Assembly (NCBI GenBank): GCA_963782865.1
Contig: CAWALS010000018.1
Span: 37,011-101,010 of the forward strand
Reading direction: 5' to 3'
Source of the DNA: an uncultured Gammaproteobacteria bacterium
GTDB lineage: Bacteria > Pseudomonadota > Gammaproteobacteria > Steroidobacterales > Steroidobacteraceae
DNA length: 64,000 bases
Both the position numbers and the translations under genes were made by a program. The notes below the pieces were generated by a model. The model was not told where the DNA came from. It made no database searches and saw only the letters and a list, made by a program, of their open reading frames with translations. Below are positions 1 through 8,722 of the stretch, in pieces. The number at the start of each line of letters is the position of its first letter. Within the stretch, counting starts at the first letter, position 1.

Positions 1-159
1 GACGCGGTGCTCGCCGTACTTGCGCTGCAAGCCCTCGGTCGCGCGAAACACGCCGCCGAAATAACCGATGTCCTCGCCCATCAGAACCACCGCGGGGTTC
101 CTCCCCAGCATGATGTCCATGGCGGAATTCAGGGCCTGGATCATGTTCATGTTGGCCAT
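1..159 (-). CDS. bkdA2: branched-chain 2-oxoacid (2-oxoisovalerate) dehydrogenase E1 beta subunit, N-terminal fragment running off the window edge
   Basis: Reverse-strand translation from the ATG at 157-159 gives MANMNMIQALNSAMDIMLGRNPAVVLMGEDIGYFGGVFRATEGLQRKYGEHRV, a typical E1-beta N-terminus. It starts 4 nt after the E1-alpha stop. Too short to appear in the ORF track. Confidence 0.75.
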   Translation of the reverse strand, partial: MANMNMIQALNSAMDIMLGRNPAVVLMGEDIGYFGGVFRATEGLQRKYGEHRV

Positions 160-163
160 GCGT

Positions 164-1405
164 TCAGCCCAGTTCCTTGCGCAGCAAAGCTTGCTGGCGC
201 TGAAGGTTCCGCGGCATATCCTTGAACACGTCCTCGAACATGGTGTCTGGATTCAGTCTCGGGCCTTCGGTCATGGTGCCGAACTTGATCGCTTCCTTCC
301 AGCTGGATGCCACCAGCGCCTCGAGTTCCGCGCTCATCGCTTGATGCCGCTCTTCCGACCACTCGCCGATTTTGATCAAATGCGCCTTCAAGCGCAGGAT
401 GGGATCGCCCAGCGGCCAGTGCTCGGCGTCGTCCTTGGCGCGATAGCGCGCCGGATCGTCGCTGGTGGAATGCGCGGCGCCGCGGTACGTCACCAGTTCA
501 ATCAGCGTCGGGCCGGCGCCGGTACGGGCGCGTTCCGCGGCCCATTGAGTCACCGCGTAAACCGCGAGGAAATCGTTGCCGTCGACGCGGATTCCCGGCA
601 TGCCGTATCCCGGGCCGCGCGCCGCGAAGGATCGTTGCTCGCCGCCGGCGTAGCCCTGAAACGTGGAGATGGCCCATTGGTTGTTGACGACGTTGAGAAT
701 CACCGGGGCCTGGTACACGGAAGCGAACAACAGGCCGTAATGAAAATCCGCCTCCGCGGTGCTGCCCTCGCCGAGCCAGGTTGCGGCCAGATTGTCTTCG
801 CCCTTGATCGCCGCCGCCATGGCCCAGCCCACCGCCTGCGGAAATTGCGTCGCCAGATTGCCCGAGATCGTGAAAATATTGTTCGCGCGCGAGTGATACA
901 TGACCGGCAGCTGTCGGCCCTTGCACATATCCTTGGTGTTGGACAGGAGTTGGGACATGAGATCGACCAGCGAAATGCCGCGCACGATTTGCACACCCTG
1001 CTGGCGATACGCAGGAAACAGCATGTCGGAGGGACGCAGCGCCATAGCCTGCGCAACCCCCACCGCTTCCTCGCCGAGGGAGCGGATGTAGAACGAGATC
1101 TTGCCGGCGCGCTGCATGCGCTGCATGCGCTCGTCATACGTTCGCGTGAGCAGCATGTGCCTCAAGGCCACTTGCAAATCGCTCGCCTCGAGATGCGGAT
1201 TCCAGGGACCCACCGCATCGCCGCTGTCATCGAGCACGCGCACCAGTTCGACGCTCAGGGAACTTATGTCGCGGGCGCGGGCATTGACTTCGGGGCGGGG
1301 GACGGCGCCGGCGGGCGACAGTTGCACGTAACTGAAGTCAGGAGTTTCGCCGGGGCGTGCCGGAACGCGAGGCAGATGCAGGCGAGATTTTTTGGTCATC
1401 CGCAT
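164..1405 (-). CDS. bkdA1: branched-chain 2-oxoacid dehydrogenase E1 alpha subunit (TPP-dependent)
   Basis: 413-aa ORF with E1-alpha signatures (GEGSTAEADFH, PVILNVVNNQWAIST, TYRGAAHSTSDDP). Followed directly by an E1-beta start and preceded divergently by an Lrp-family regulator. Confidence 0.9.
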   Translation of the reverse strand: MRMTKKSRLHLPRVPARPGETPDFSYVQLSPAGAVPRPEVNARARDISSLSVELVRVLDDSGDAVGPWNPHLEASDLQVALRHMLLTRTYDERMQRMQRAGKISFYIRSLGEEAVGVAQAMALRPSDMLFPAYRQQGVQIVRGISLVDLMSQLLSNTKDMCKGRQLPVMYHSRANNIFTISGNLATQFPQAVGWAMAAAIKGEDNLAATWLGEGSTAEADFHYGLLFASVYQAPVILNVVNNQWAISTFQGYAGGEQRSFAARGPGYGMPGIRVDGNDFLAVYAVTQWAAERARTGAGPTLIELVTYRGAAHSTSDDPARYRAKDDAEHWPLGDPILRLKAHLIKIGEWSEERHQAMSAELEALVASSWKEAIKFGTMTEGPRLNPDTMFEDVFKDMPRNLQRQQALLRKELG

Positions 1406-1460
1406 AATTTACGTCTCCGCACCCCTAGATATTGCATTCATTAGGAAGCAGGCTAATAAT

Positions 1461-1478
1461 TCGGTATATATATTCCGA
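1461..1478. promoter_or_regulatory. AT-rich imperfect palindrome TCGGTATATATATTCCGA in the bkdR/bkdA1 divergent control region (possible Lrp/BkdR operator)
   Basis: Read directly in the 86-bp AT-rich gap between the two divergent starts. 16 of 18 positions are self-complementary. Confidence 0.3.
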
Positions 1479-1491
1479 TATTAGGTGTTTT

Positions 1492-1974
1492 GTGGAACAA
1501 AATAACCGCGCAACCATCGACCGATTGGATTTGCGTCTGCTCGACATTCTACAGAGGCACGGAGCCTTGTCGGTTGCCGAAGTGGCCGCGCAAACGAAAT
1601 TGTCGACGACTACCTGCTGGCGGCGGATTCAACAGCTCGAACAAAACGGCGTGATCAAGGCGCGCGTCGCGCTGCTCGATCGAAACGCCCTGGGACTCGA
1701 TGTGACCATCTTTGCCCACATCAAGCTGGCCACGACCGGACGCGATGCCATCGCCGAATTCGAAGCGGCGATTCGCGATCGCGCCGAGGTGCTCGAATGC
1801 TACACCCTCACCGGCGAATGGGACTTCCTCCTCAAAATCGTGACCAAGAACATCAAGGCTTTCGAGGCGTTCTATCTCGATTATTTATCGCGCATTCCAT
1901 GTGTGCGATCGGTCAATTCATCCGTAGCGGTCACCGTGATCAAGGAATCGACCGCGCTGCCCTTGGGAATTTGA
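1492..1974 (+). CDS. bkdR: Lrp/AsnC-family transcriptional regulator (BkdR-like)
   Basis: In-frame GTG at 1492 inside ORF 1432..1974. HTH region LDLRLLDILQRHGALSVAEVAAQTKLSTTTCWRRIQQLEQNGVI followed by an AsnC-type ligand domain. Divergent from bkdA1, as in the classical bkd arrangement. Confidence 0.8.
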   Translation: MEQNNRATIDRLDLRLLDILQRHGALSVAEVAAQTKLSTTTCWRRIQQLEQNGVIKARVALLDRNALGLDVTIFAHIKLATTGRDAIAEFEAAIRDRAEVLECYTLTGEWDFLLKIVTKNIKAFEAFYLDYLSRIPCVRSVNSSVAVTVIKESTALPLGI

Positions 1975-1996
1975 GCGCACCCTCATTGACGCGCCC

Positions 1997-2050
1997 GATC
2001 AAGGCTGAGCGATCAAGGCTGAGCGATCAAGGCCGAGCAATCAAGGCAGC
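1997..2050. repeat. 14-bp tandem repeat GATCAAGGCTGAGC, about 3.8 copies (last copies degenerate)
   Basis: Copies at 1997-2010, 2011-2024, 2025-2038 (one mismatch) and a partial copy from 2039. Lies between convergent bkdR and qor and overlaps the qor stop codon (2041-2043). Confidence 0.85.
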
Positions 2051-3033
2051 AGGATGGTGGATCCGGTGGTTTTGCGGGCCTCGAGATCGCGGTGCGCCTC
2101 GGCCGCATCGCGCAGCGCCCGTCGCTGGCCGATGTGCGGCTTCACCGCGCCGGATGCAACTTTCGCGAAAAGATCGGCGGCCCGCTGCGTGAGGTCTGCG
2201 CGGGTTTTGACGTAGTCGAACAGCGTCGGCCGCGTTGCGTAGAGCGAGCCGCCGCCGGCGAGATCGGAAAACTTGAAATCCGCGATCGGACCTGATGACT
2301 GTCCGAAGCATACGAACAACCCGCGCGCATGCAAGCACTTCAGCGACCCGCGCCAGGTGTCATTGGCCACAGAATCGTAAACCACATCGCAACCTTTGCC
2401 GCCGGTGATCTCCTTGACGCGTACCGCAAAATCTTCGGCCCGATAGTCAATGATGTGCGTATAGCCGCTCGCTTTGGCGATGGCGGCCTTCTCGGCTGAC
2501 CCGACCGTGCCGATGGACATGGCACCGATGGATTTCAACCATTGGCCCATCAGGAGCCCGACGCCGCCCGCAGCGGCATGCACCAGCACGGTATCGCCCG
2601 CCTTCACCGCATAACAGGAGTTCAACAGAAACTGCGTCGTCAGCCCTTTGAGCATCATCGAGGCCGCAACCTCGAACTCGATTCCCTCGGGCAATTTCAC
2701 CAGACGCTCCGCCGGCACCACCCGCCGCGTTCGATAGGCGCCGATCGGCAACGTATACGCCACACGATCGCCGGATTTGAAGTCGGTCACGCCCTCGCCG
2801 ACTTGCTCGACGATCCCCGCCGCTTCGCCGCCGGGTATCAGGGGCGACATCGGCCAGGGATACGCTCCCTTTCGATAATACGTATCGATGAAATTGACGC
2901 CCACGGCGCGTTGCGCGATGAGCACCTCGCCGCGCGCGGGAGGCGCGGTATCAAGCTCGGTCCATTCAAGTGCTTCCGGGCCGCCCGGGGTACGCACGAT
3001 GACCGCAAAGTCCGCTGATTTCGCCACAACCAC
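2041..3033 (-). CDS. qor: NADPH:quinone oxidoreductase (zeta-crystallin / MDR family)
   Basis: 330-aa ORF with GVNFIDTYYRKGAYP, the nucleotide-binding motif AAAGGVGLL and a C-terminal HRDLEARKTTGSTILLP tail typical of Qor. Confidence 0.85.
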   Translation of the reverse strand: MVVAKSADFAVIVRTPGGPEALEWTELDTAPPARGEVLIAQRAVGVNFIDTYYRKGAYPWPMSPLIPGGEAAGIVEQVGEGVTDFKSGDRVAYTLPIGAYRTRRVVPAERLVKLPEGIEFEVAASMMLKGLTTQFLLNSCYAVKAGDTVLVHAAAGGVGLLMGQWLKSIGAMSIGTVGSAEKAAIAKASGYTHIIDYRAEDFAVRVKEITGGKGCDVVYDSVANDTWRGSLKCLHARGLFVCFGQSSGPIADFKFSDLAGGGSLYATRPTLFDYVKTRADLTQRAADLFAKVASGAVKPHIGQRRALRDAAEAHRDLEARKTTGSTILLP

Positions 3034-3106
3034 CTCGCCAATTACCGCGCCAATTACCTCACCAACTACCCCACCATCAACCTCGACGCCGACAAGCTCG
3101 GCGCGA

Positions 3107-4276
3107 CTACCTCGCGATAGTTCCTACGTAGCGGCCGATGCGCACGATCGCCTCGCGCAGCGTGGCCTCGTCCGTGGCGAAGCACAGCCGCACGAAGCCG
3201 CGAGTCGCTTCGCCGAATGCACCGCCGTCGAGCACCGAGACCCGCTCGGACCTGAACAATCCGCTCATGAAATCGTAGCCCGAAAGGCCCGTGCCCTGCA
3301 CATCGATCAGCGTGAACATGCCGGCGTCCGGAACGCTGCAGCGTATTCCCTTCACATCCGCAAGACCCTTGATCAGCATATCGCGCCTGGCGGTGCAGAG
3401 TTCGCGAATCCGCTGCTCGGGGGCATCCGATCCTTGGAGTGCGGTGAGTGCCGCCTCCTGAATGAAGCCCGGCAGGCCGAACAACATGCACATGGAGAGA
3501 GATTCTGCATGCTTCACCAGATCCTTGGGCCCCACCAGCCAGCCGGCCCGTAGTCCCGGCATCGAATGCGACTTCGACAAGCTGCTGATCGTCAGCAGCT
3601 GCGAAGGGATACGCGTCGCGAGATTCGGGACGCGCCCCGCGGGTGCGAGTCCCGCATAGACCTCGTCCGCCACAATCCACAATGAGTGCCGGCGTGCAAG
3701 ATCGCCGATGGCATCGAGATCCGCCGCGCTCAAGATCACGCCGCTCGGATTGTTGGGCGTCGCGAAAAAAATTGCGCGGGTGCGCGGCGTGATGGCGGCG
3801 GCGAGGGCGCGCAGGTCCGGGCGAAAGCCGCCGGCAGCCGGCGCCGCAACCCGCACCAGTTGCGCGCCCGAGGCTCGGATGGTTGCTGGATAACTCGGGT
3901 ACAACGGCTCCAGCGCCAGCACCTCATCGCCCGGACCGGCAACACACAGCGACGCGGCGAACAGCGCGTTCTGTGCGCCGGAGAGAAAAATGACATTGTC
4001 CGCATCCACCGCTTGACCGGTGCGGCGCCGATGCTTTTGCGCAATCGCCTCGCGCAGGGCCATGCGTCCCGCCGCAGGCGTATAGCGAACATCGCCGGCG
4101 CGCAGCGTTTCGATCGCCCGATCGAGCACGGCTGCCGGCATTTCCAATTCCGGATCGCCGATGCTGAGCACGATCACGTCCTCGCCGCGCAATTGCGCTT
4201 CGCGCGCCTGTCCGTGGATGGTCCACGCCGCGACGCTTTCGCCCTTGATTCGATCCACCAGCGGAGAAAATTTCAT
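3107..4276 (-). CDS. PLP-dependent aminotransferase, class I/II
   Basis: Start chosen at internal M26 (MKFSPLVDRIKGE...), a typical N-terminus for this family. Contains NNPSG and the SLSKSHSMPGLRAGW lysine motif. Confidence 0.85.
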   Translation of the reverse strand: MKFSPLVDRIKGESVAAWTIHGQAREAQLRGEDVIVLSIGDPELEMPAAVLDRAIETLRAGDVRYTPAAGRMALREAIAQKHRRRTGQAVDADNVIFLSGAQNALFAASLCVAGPGDEVLALEPLYPSYPATIRASGAQLVRVAAPAAGGFRPDLRALAAAITPRTRAIFFATPNNPSGVILSAADLDAIGDLARRHSLWIVADEVYAGLAPAGRVPNLATRIPSQLLTISSLSKSHSMPGLRAGWLVGPKDLVKHAESLSMCMLFGLPGFIQEAALTALQGSDAPEQRIRELCTARRDMLIKGLADVKGIRCSVPDAGMFTLIDVQGTGLSGYDFMSGLFRSERVSVLDGGAFGEATRGFVRLCFATDEATLREAIVRIGRYVGTIAR

Positions 4277-5516
4277 GACATACTTTACTATGCCATTCAC
4301 ACCCGAACACTCCCTTCGCTGCCGCAAGGATTTTCCCGCGCTGCTGCGCACGCCTGAAGGATTGAATCTGGCGTATCTCGACGGACCCGGCGGCAGCCAG
4401 GTTCCGCAAGTCGTGATCGACGCTCTGGCCGACTTTTACGCAACCTGCAACGTCAATACGCACGGCAATTTTTGGCCCTCGCAGGAAGTTGATCGGCGCA
4501 TGGCCGCGGCGCGTGACGCGCTCGCCGCCTTTCTCGGCGCCGAGAGCGCAAGCTGCATCTCGTTCGGTCAAAACATGAGCACGCTCAACTACGCCTTGAG
4601 CGCCGCAATCGGCCACACGCTGCAGCCCGGCGACGAAGTGCTCATCACGCAGCTCGACCATGAGGCCAATCGCGGTCCCTGGCTGCGGCTGCAAGAGCGC
4701 GGCATGGTCGTGCAAGAAGTTCGCCTGCTGCCCGGCGGAGTACTGGACTTGGGCGATATGGCCGCCAAGATCACGGCGCGCACCAAGCTCTTCGCCTTGG
4801 GCGCCTCGTCCAATGCCTTGGGCACGGTCAATGACTTGAGGCTGGCGCGCGAGCTGACGAATCAGGTTGGCGCTCTGCTCGTGATCGACGCCGTTCATTA
4901 CGCACCGCATTTTTCATTGGACGTAAAAAGCCTGGGCATGGATTTCCTCTTGTGCTCGGGCTACAAGTTCTACGGGCCGCACGTCGGTGTGCTGTATTCG
5001 CGTCCGGGCGCGCTCGAGCGGCTGCCCACGGAGCGCTTGAGCGTGCAGGATCCGGCCGCCCCCTATCGCATCGAGACTGGAACTCTGAACCATGCGGCCA
5101 TCGATGCGCTGCGTGCAACGATTGAATATCTTGCCTCCTGGGGCGGGGGCTTAGGCCTGCGAGAACGCCTGGTGGATGCCATGACCGGAATCGCGGCGTA
5201 CGAGCACGGACTGGCCAAGTTCTATCACGACTCGGTGCGCGAGATGCGCGGGGTGCAGGTGTGGGGGCCCGATTTCAGCCAGCGCTCGCGCGCGCCAACC
5301 GTTTCGATCACCTTGGACAAGGTCAGCGCGGCGCAAGCATCGAGCGCGTTGGGGAAGAAAGGCATTTGCGTTTGGGACGGACACTTCTATGCGGCACGCG
5401 CCGTGGAAGTGCTGGGCCTGAAAGCCAGAGGCGGCTTGCTGCGAACCGGCGTGTCGATGTACAGCTCGCGGGAAGATATAGCGCGCCTGTTGGCGGGGAT
5501 CGCGGAGCTGATCTAG
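4275..5516 (+). CDS. class V aminotransferase / cysteine desulfurase-like protein (SufS-related)
   Basis: Start chosen at MTYFTMPFTPE... (ATG 4275; alternative ATG 4290). Contains FPAL...LDGPGGSQVP, HEANRGPW, VIDAVHYAPH and SGYKFYGPHVG (PLP lysine region). Confidence 0.8.
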   Translation: MTYFTMPFTPEHSLRCRKDFPALLRTPEGLNLAYLDGPGGSQVPQVVIDALADFYATCNVNTHGNFWPSQEVDRRMAAARDALAAFLGAESASCISFGQNMSTLNYALSAAIGHTLQPGDEVLITQLDHEANRGPWLRLQERGMVVQEVRLLPGGVLDLGDMAAKITARTKLFALGASSNALGTVNDLRLARELTNQVGALLVIDAVHYAPHFSLDVKSLGMDFLLCSGYKFYGPHVGVLYSRPGALERLPTERLSVQDPAAPYRIETGTLNHAAIDALRATIEYLASWGGGLGLRERLVDAMTGIAAYEHGLAKFYHDSVREMRGVQVWGPDFSQRSRAPTVSITLDKVSAAQASSALGKKGICVWDGHFYAARAVEVLGLKARGGLLRTGVSMYSSREDIARLLAGIAELI

Positions 5517-6889
5517 CCGCCCTCGGCGAGATGCGTGGCGAGCCGCTCCGCGTGGTTGGACAACTCCGCCGCCGCGGTCGCATCCAGGTGATCGGCGCGC
5601 AACAACGGCCCAAGATAAAACAGGCGCTCGCTGGCGCGGCCGTGCGCATCCACGCAGGCGCCAAAACGCGCAGTGTTGATCCCGAGCTGCAGCGCGTCCG
5701 GCGACACCAGCCCAGCGGCGCGCAGCGAAGCGATCAGCGGATCCGTCGAACCTTCGATGTTGTAATTGGGGCCTGTAGCGTTGACCACCAGGTCCACCGT
5801 GAGCTGCGCAGTCGCAGCGCTGCCGCGAGGACGCCAGACAACAGCCAGGCGGCGGTGGTCGACGGCGAGCACCTCCTGGATGCGTCCCGCGCGCACTTGC
5901 AATTTGCCGCTGCGCCGAAGATTCTCCAAGCGCTCGTTCAATTGCGGCGGCAGCCGGTGCCGATAGGTGTCCCAATGCACCTGCAAATGCCGCACAAAGC
6001 GCCGCCGCTCGGCTTCGGGCAGGCGCCGCCATAGCGCGGGCACCAGACTGCGGATAAAGGTGATGGCTTCGCGCCAATCGCCCCCCAGTTGTTCGACTTC
6101 GCGCGCTAAGTCGCGGCAGGCGCGCAGCAGCTTTCGTAGCGAATGCGCCGATGCCAGCAGCGACTCGCCGCTGCCGCGCATGGCGCCGATATGAAAGGCC
6201 GTTTGGGTTTGCGGTATCAGGCCGCGACGTGAAATCGTATGCAGGGTGGGTGCCCGATCCGGATGGCGGCTCAACGCCGATGCCGCATCGGCCATCGTCA
6301 AGCCGTTGCCGACGATCAGAACCGAGTGCTCCGAACTTAAGGTCCCGGGCAAATCGCGCGGGTCATGACGGAATGCGGCATGACCATTCAACGCTCGCGC
6401 CCAGTGAGGCAACGGCACCGGCGGACTTCCCAGGGCGAGGATCAGGGCATGCCCGCGGATCGGCGCCCGGTCTGCAAACTCGGCCGCCAGGGCGGCGCCG
6501 TCGACTGCGGCAATGCCGGTTACTTCGCCGAAGACGCGGAGCAAGCGCACCTGCGGCGGCGCCTCGCGCTCCGCGCGCAACAGCAGGTCCTGCAGGTAGT
6601 CGCCGTACAGGGCGCGCGGCAGAAAATCCCCGCCATCGACGTTCGGCAACCTACCTTGCGCAAACCGCAGAAATTGCAGCGGATCGCGCGGATCGGCCGA
6701 CGACCGGGCCGCCGGCACGTTCAAAAGATAGGGAAATTCGTGCGCGGCGTAGGCCACGCCGCGGCCCATGACCTTGCCGCGCTCGATGAGCACGATATCG
6801 GCGCCGCCCGCGGGCGGCCGCCGCAGCAGGTTGGCGGCAAGCACCGTGCCGGAGAATCCGGCGCCTACGATTACCAAGGTTTTTCGCAT
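5513..6889 (-). CDS. FAD/NAD(P)-binding oxidoreductase of unknown specificity
   Basis: N-terminal Rossmann motif LVIVGAGFSGTVLA from the ATG at 6889, and a second dinucleotide-binding motif VLIVGNGLTMADA. Convergent with the preceding gene, overlapping it by 4 nt. Confidence 0.7.
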   Translation of the reverse strand: MRKTLVIVGAGFSGTVLAANLLRRPPAGGADIVLIERGKVMGRGVAYAAHEFPYLLNVPAARSSADPRDPLQFLRFAQGRLPNVDGGDFLPRALYGDYLQDLLLRAEREAPPQVRLLRVFGEVTGIAAVDGAALAAEFADRAPIRGHALILALGSPPVPLPHWARALNGHAAFRHDPRDLPGTLSSEHSVLIVGNGLTMADAASALSRHPDRAPTLHTISRRGLIPQTQTAFHIGAMRGSGESLLASAHSLRKLLRACRDLAREVEQLGGDWREAITFIRSLVPALWRRLPEAERRRFVRHLQVHWDTYRHRLPPQLNERLENLRRSGKLQVRAGRIQEVLAVDHRRLAVVWRPRGSAATAQLTVDLVVNATGPNYNIEGSTDPLIASLRAAGLVSPDALQLGINTARFGACVDAHGRASERLFYLGPLLRADHLDATAAAELSNHAERLATHLAEGG

Positions 6890-7006
6890 ACTTGGAAATT
6901 CTACCAAGCGATGACGGCCAGAAGGCCGTGCGGCCAGGGTATTCTTCGGCTAACATTTGGTGGTATTCGTGGTCAAATAGCATATCCATAAGAGCGAGGG
7001 GCAACG

Positions 7007-7570
7007 ATGCAACTCAGCAAATTCAGCTATTACTCCGATTTCGTGGTTTATCCGATCACGGTGGTCGCGCTGACGGCTGTCAATTACAGTCATTTCACCT
7101 GGCCAGAGGGCCGGGATTGGCTCGGCGCGTGCCTGGCCGGACTGATCCTTTGGACATTTTTGGAATACGTGCTGCACCGAATAGCACTGCATCGCATGCC
7201 GGTGTTTTCGCCCATGCACAGCCTGCATCACGGCGATCCGCTCGCCTTTATCGGCACGCCATCGTGGGTCAGTGTATCGGTCTGGCTCGGCGTGATTTTG
7301 CTGCCGCTATGGTGGGGGGTGGGTTTCAATGTGGCCAATGGTCTGACGGTAGGCGTGATGACCGGTTATTGGTGGTATGGCTATGTGCATCACGTGATTC
7401 ACCACCATGCGCGTGACACTTCGTCAGCCTACTTCAGCGAGCTTCGGGCCTGGCACATGCGTCACCACCATTCGCCCAAGCGCGGCAATTTCGGCGTGAC
7501 CACGCCCGTGTGGGACTACGTGTTCGGTACCGCCATCGCCTCGCAGAGCAAAATCATCGTCTCGTCATGA
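7007..7570 (+). CDS. fatty acid hydroxylase / sterol desaturase family membrane protein
   Basis: 187 aa and hydrophobic, with histidine boxes HRIALH, HSLHH and HHVIHHH. Confidence 0.75.
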   Translation: MQLSKFSYYSDFVVYPITVVALTAVNYSHFTWPEGRDWLGACLAGLILWTFLEYVLHRIALHRMPVFSPMHSLHHGDPLAFIGTPSWVSVSVWLGVILLPLWWGVGFNVANGLTVGVMTGYWWYGYVHHVIHHHARDTSSAYFSELRAWHMRHHHSPKRGNFGVTTPVWDYVFGTAIASQSKIIVSS

Positions 7571-8619
7571 ACGCCGAGCTGAGCGCAACGAATCCCATGC
7601 GCACCGACGGATTCGAATTCGTCGAGTACGCCGCGCCCGATCCTGAACTGCTGCGCCGGCTGTTCGAAAGCATGGGCTTGCCGGCGGTCGCGCGCCACCG
7701 CTCCAAGAACGTGACGCTGCACAACCAGGGCGACATCAATTTCATCATCAATGCCGAGCACGACAGCTTTGCACAGAGGTTTGCGCGCGTTCATGGGCCC
7801 TGCGCCTGCGCCATGGCGTTTCGCGTCGCCGACGCCCGCTTGGCATTCGCGCGCGCGCTGGATTTGGGCGCGAAACCCGGACCGGTCACCGCGGGTCCGA
7901 TGGAACTCAATATCCCGTCGATCGAGGGAATCGGCGGCAGCCTGATCTACTTGGTCGATCGCTATGGCGATCGCACCATTTACGATGTCGACTTCATTCC
8001 CGTCATCGACACCGAGCCGCATTTCCCCGTGGGGTTGCTGCGCATCGATCACCTCACCCACAACGTCAGGCGCGGCAACATGAATGTGTGGGCCGGCTTC
8101 TACGAGAAGTTGTTCAACTTCAGGGAAATCCGTTACTTCAGCATCGAAGGCAAGGAGACCGGTTTGTTCTCGCGCGCGCTCACCTCGCCTTGCGGCAAGA
8201 TTCGCATTCCCATCAATGAGAGCCAGGACGACAAGAGCCAAATCGAAGAATATCTGAACGAGTACAAAGGCGAAGGTATTCAGCACATCGCCCTCGGCAC
8301 CGACGATATTTGCAAGACCGTGGATGCGCTGCGCGGCCGCGGCGTTGAATTTCAGGAGACGCCCGCGACCTATTACGAAGGCGTCGATGCGCGGGTGATC
8401 GGTCATCGAGAATCCGTGCCTGAGCTCAAGCGCCGCGGCATCCTGATCGATGGCAGCGACAAGAGCGGCATCCTGCTGCAAATCTTCACCAAGAATGCGA
8501 TTGGCCCGATCTTTTTTGAGATCATTCAGCGCAAGGGCAACGAAGGTTTTGGCGAAGGGAATTTCCAGGCGCTGTTCGAATCCATCGAACTCGATCAAAA
8601 GCGCCGCGGCGTCCTGTAG
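7567..8619 (+). CDS. hppD: 4-hydroxyphenylpyruvate dioxygenase
   Basis: Start at the ATG overlapping the upstream stop (ATGA). FEFVEY, IDHLTHNV, IQHIALGTDDI and a GNEGFGEGNFQALFESIE C-terminus are classical HppD motifs. Confidence 0.9.
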   Translation: MNAELSATNPMRTDGFEFVEYAAPDPELLRRLFESMGLPAVARHRSKNVTLHNQGDINFIINAEHDSFAQRFARVHGPCACAMAFRVADARLAFARALDLGAKPGPVTAGPMELNIPSIEGIGGSLIYLVDRYGDRTIYDVDFIPVIDTEPHFPVGLLRIDHLTHNVRRGNMNVWAGFYEKLFNFREIRYFSIEGKETGLFSRALTSPCGKIRIPINESQDDKSQIEEYLNEYKGEGIQHIALGTDDICKTVDALRGRGVEFQETPATYYEGVDARVIGHRESVPELKRRGILIDGSDKSGILLQIFTKNAIGPIFFEIIQRKGNEGFGEGNFQALFESIELDQKRRGVL

Positions 8620-8722
8620 GTGCCGCTTCGAGCATTCGAACACGCTTCAAGAGGGCGTTGAACTTCGCCTGCGCGCCCATATCTAACTCAACAGGGTCAA
8701 TTCGACCTGCTGGGGGCCTGCC

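Noticed and set aside
68-1444. 458-aa plus-strand ORF, together with similar long antisense ORFs at 7516..8643, 18867..19991, 20199..21422, 45060..46265, 52163..53467 and 60196..61104
   Set aside because: Each lies opposite a gene with clear family signatures (bkdA1, hppD, desaturase, FAD oxidase, NtrC-type regulator, HlyD, hybrid kinase). Each translates to Arg/Ala/Gly/His-rich sequence without motifs.
1997-2050. CRISPR array
   Set aside because: The 14-bp units are directly adjacent with no spacers, and no cas genes are present. It is a simple tandem repeat.
8620-8722. Heat-shock-like promoter (TTGAAC-N13-CCATATCT) upstream of the TPR/Gly-rich protein gene
   Set aside because: The match is ambiguous between sigma-70 and sigma-32 patterns, and spacing alternatives exist. 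The evidence is too weak to annotate.
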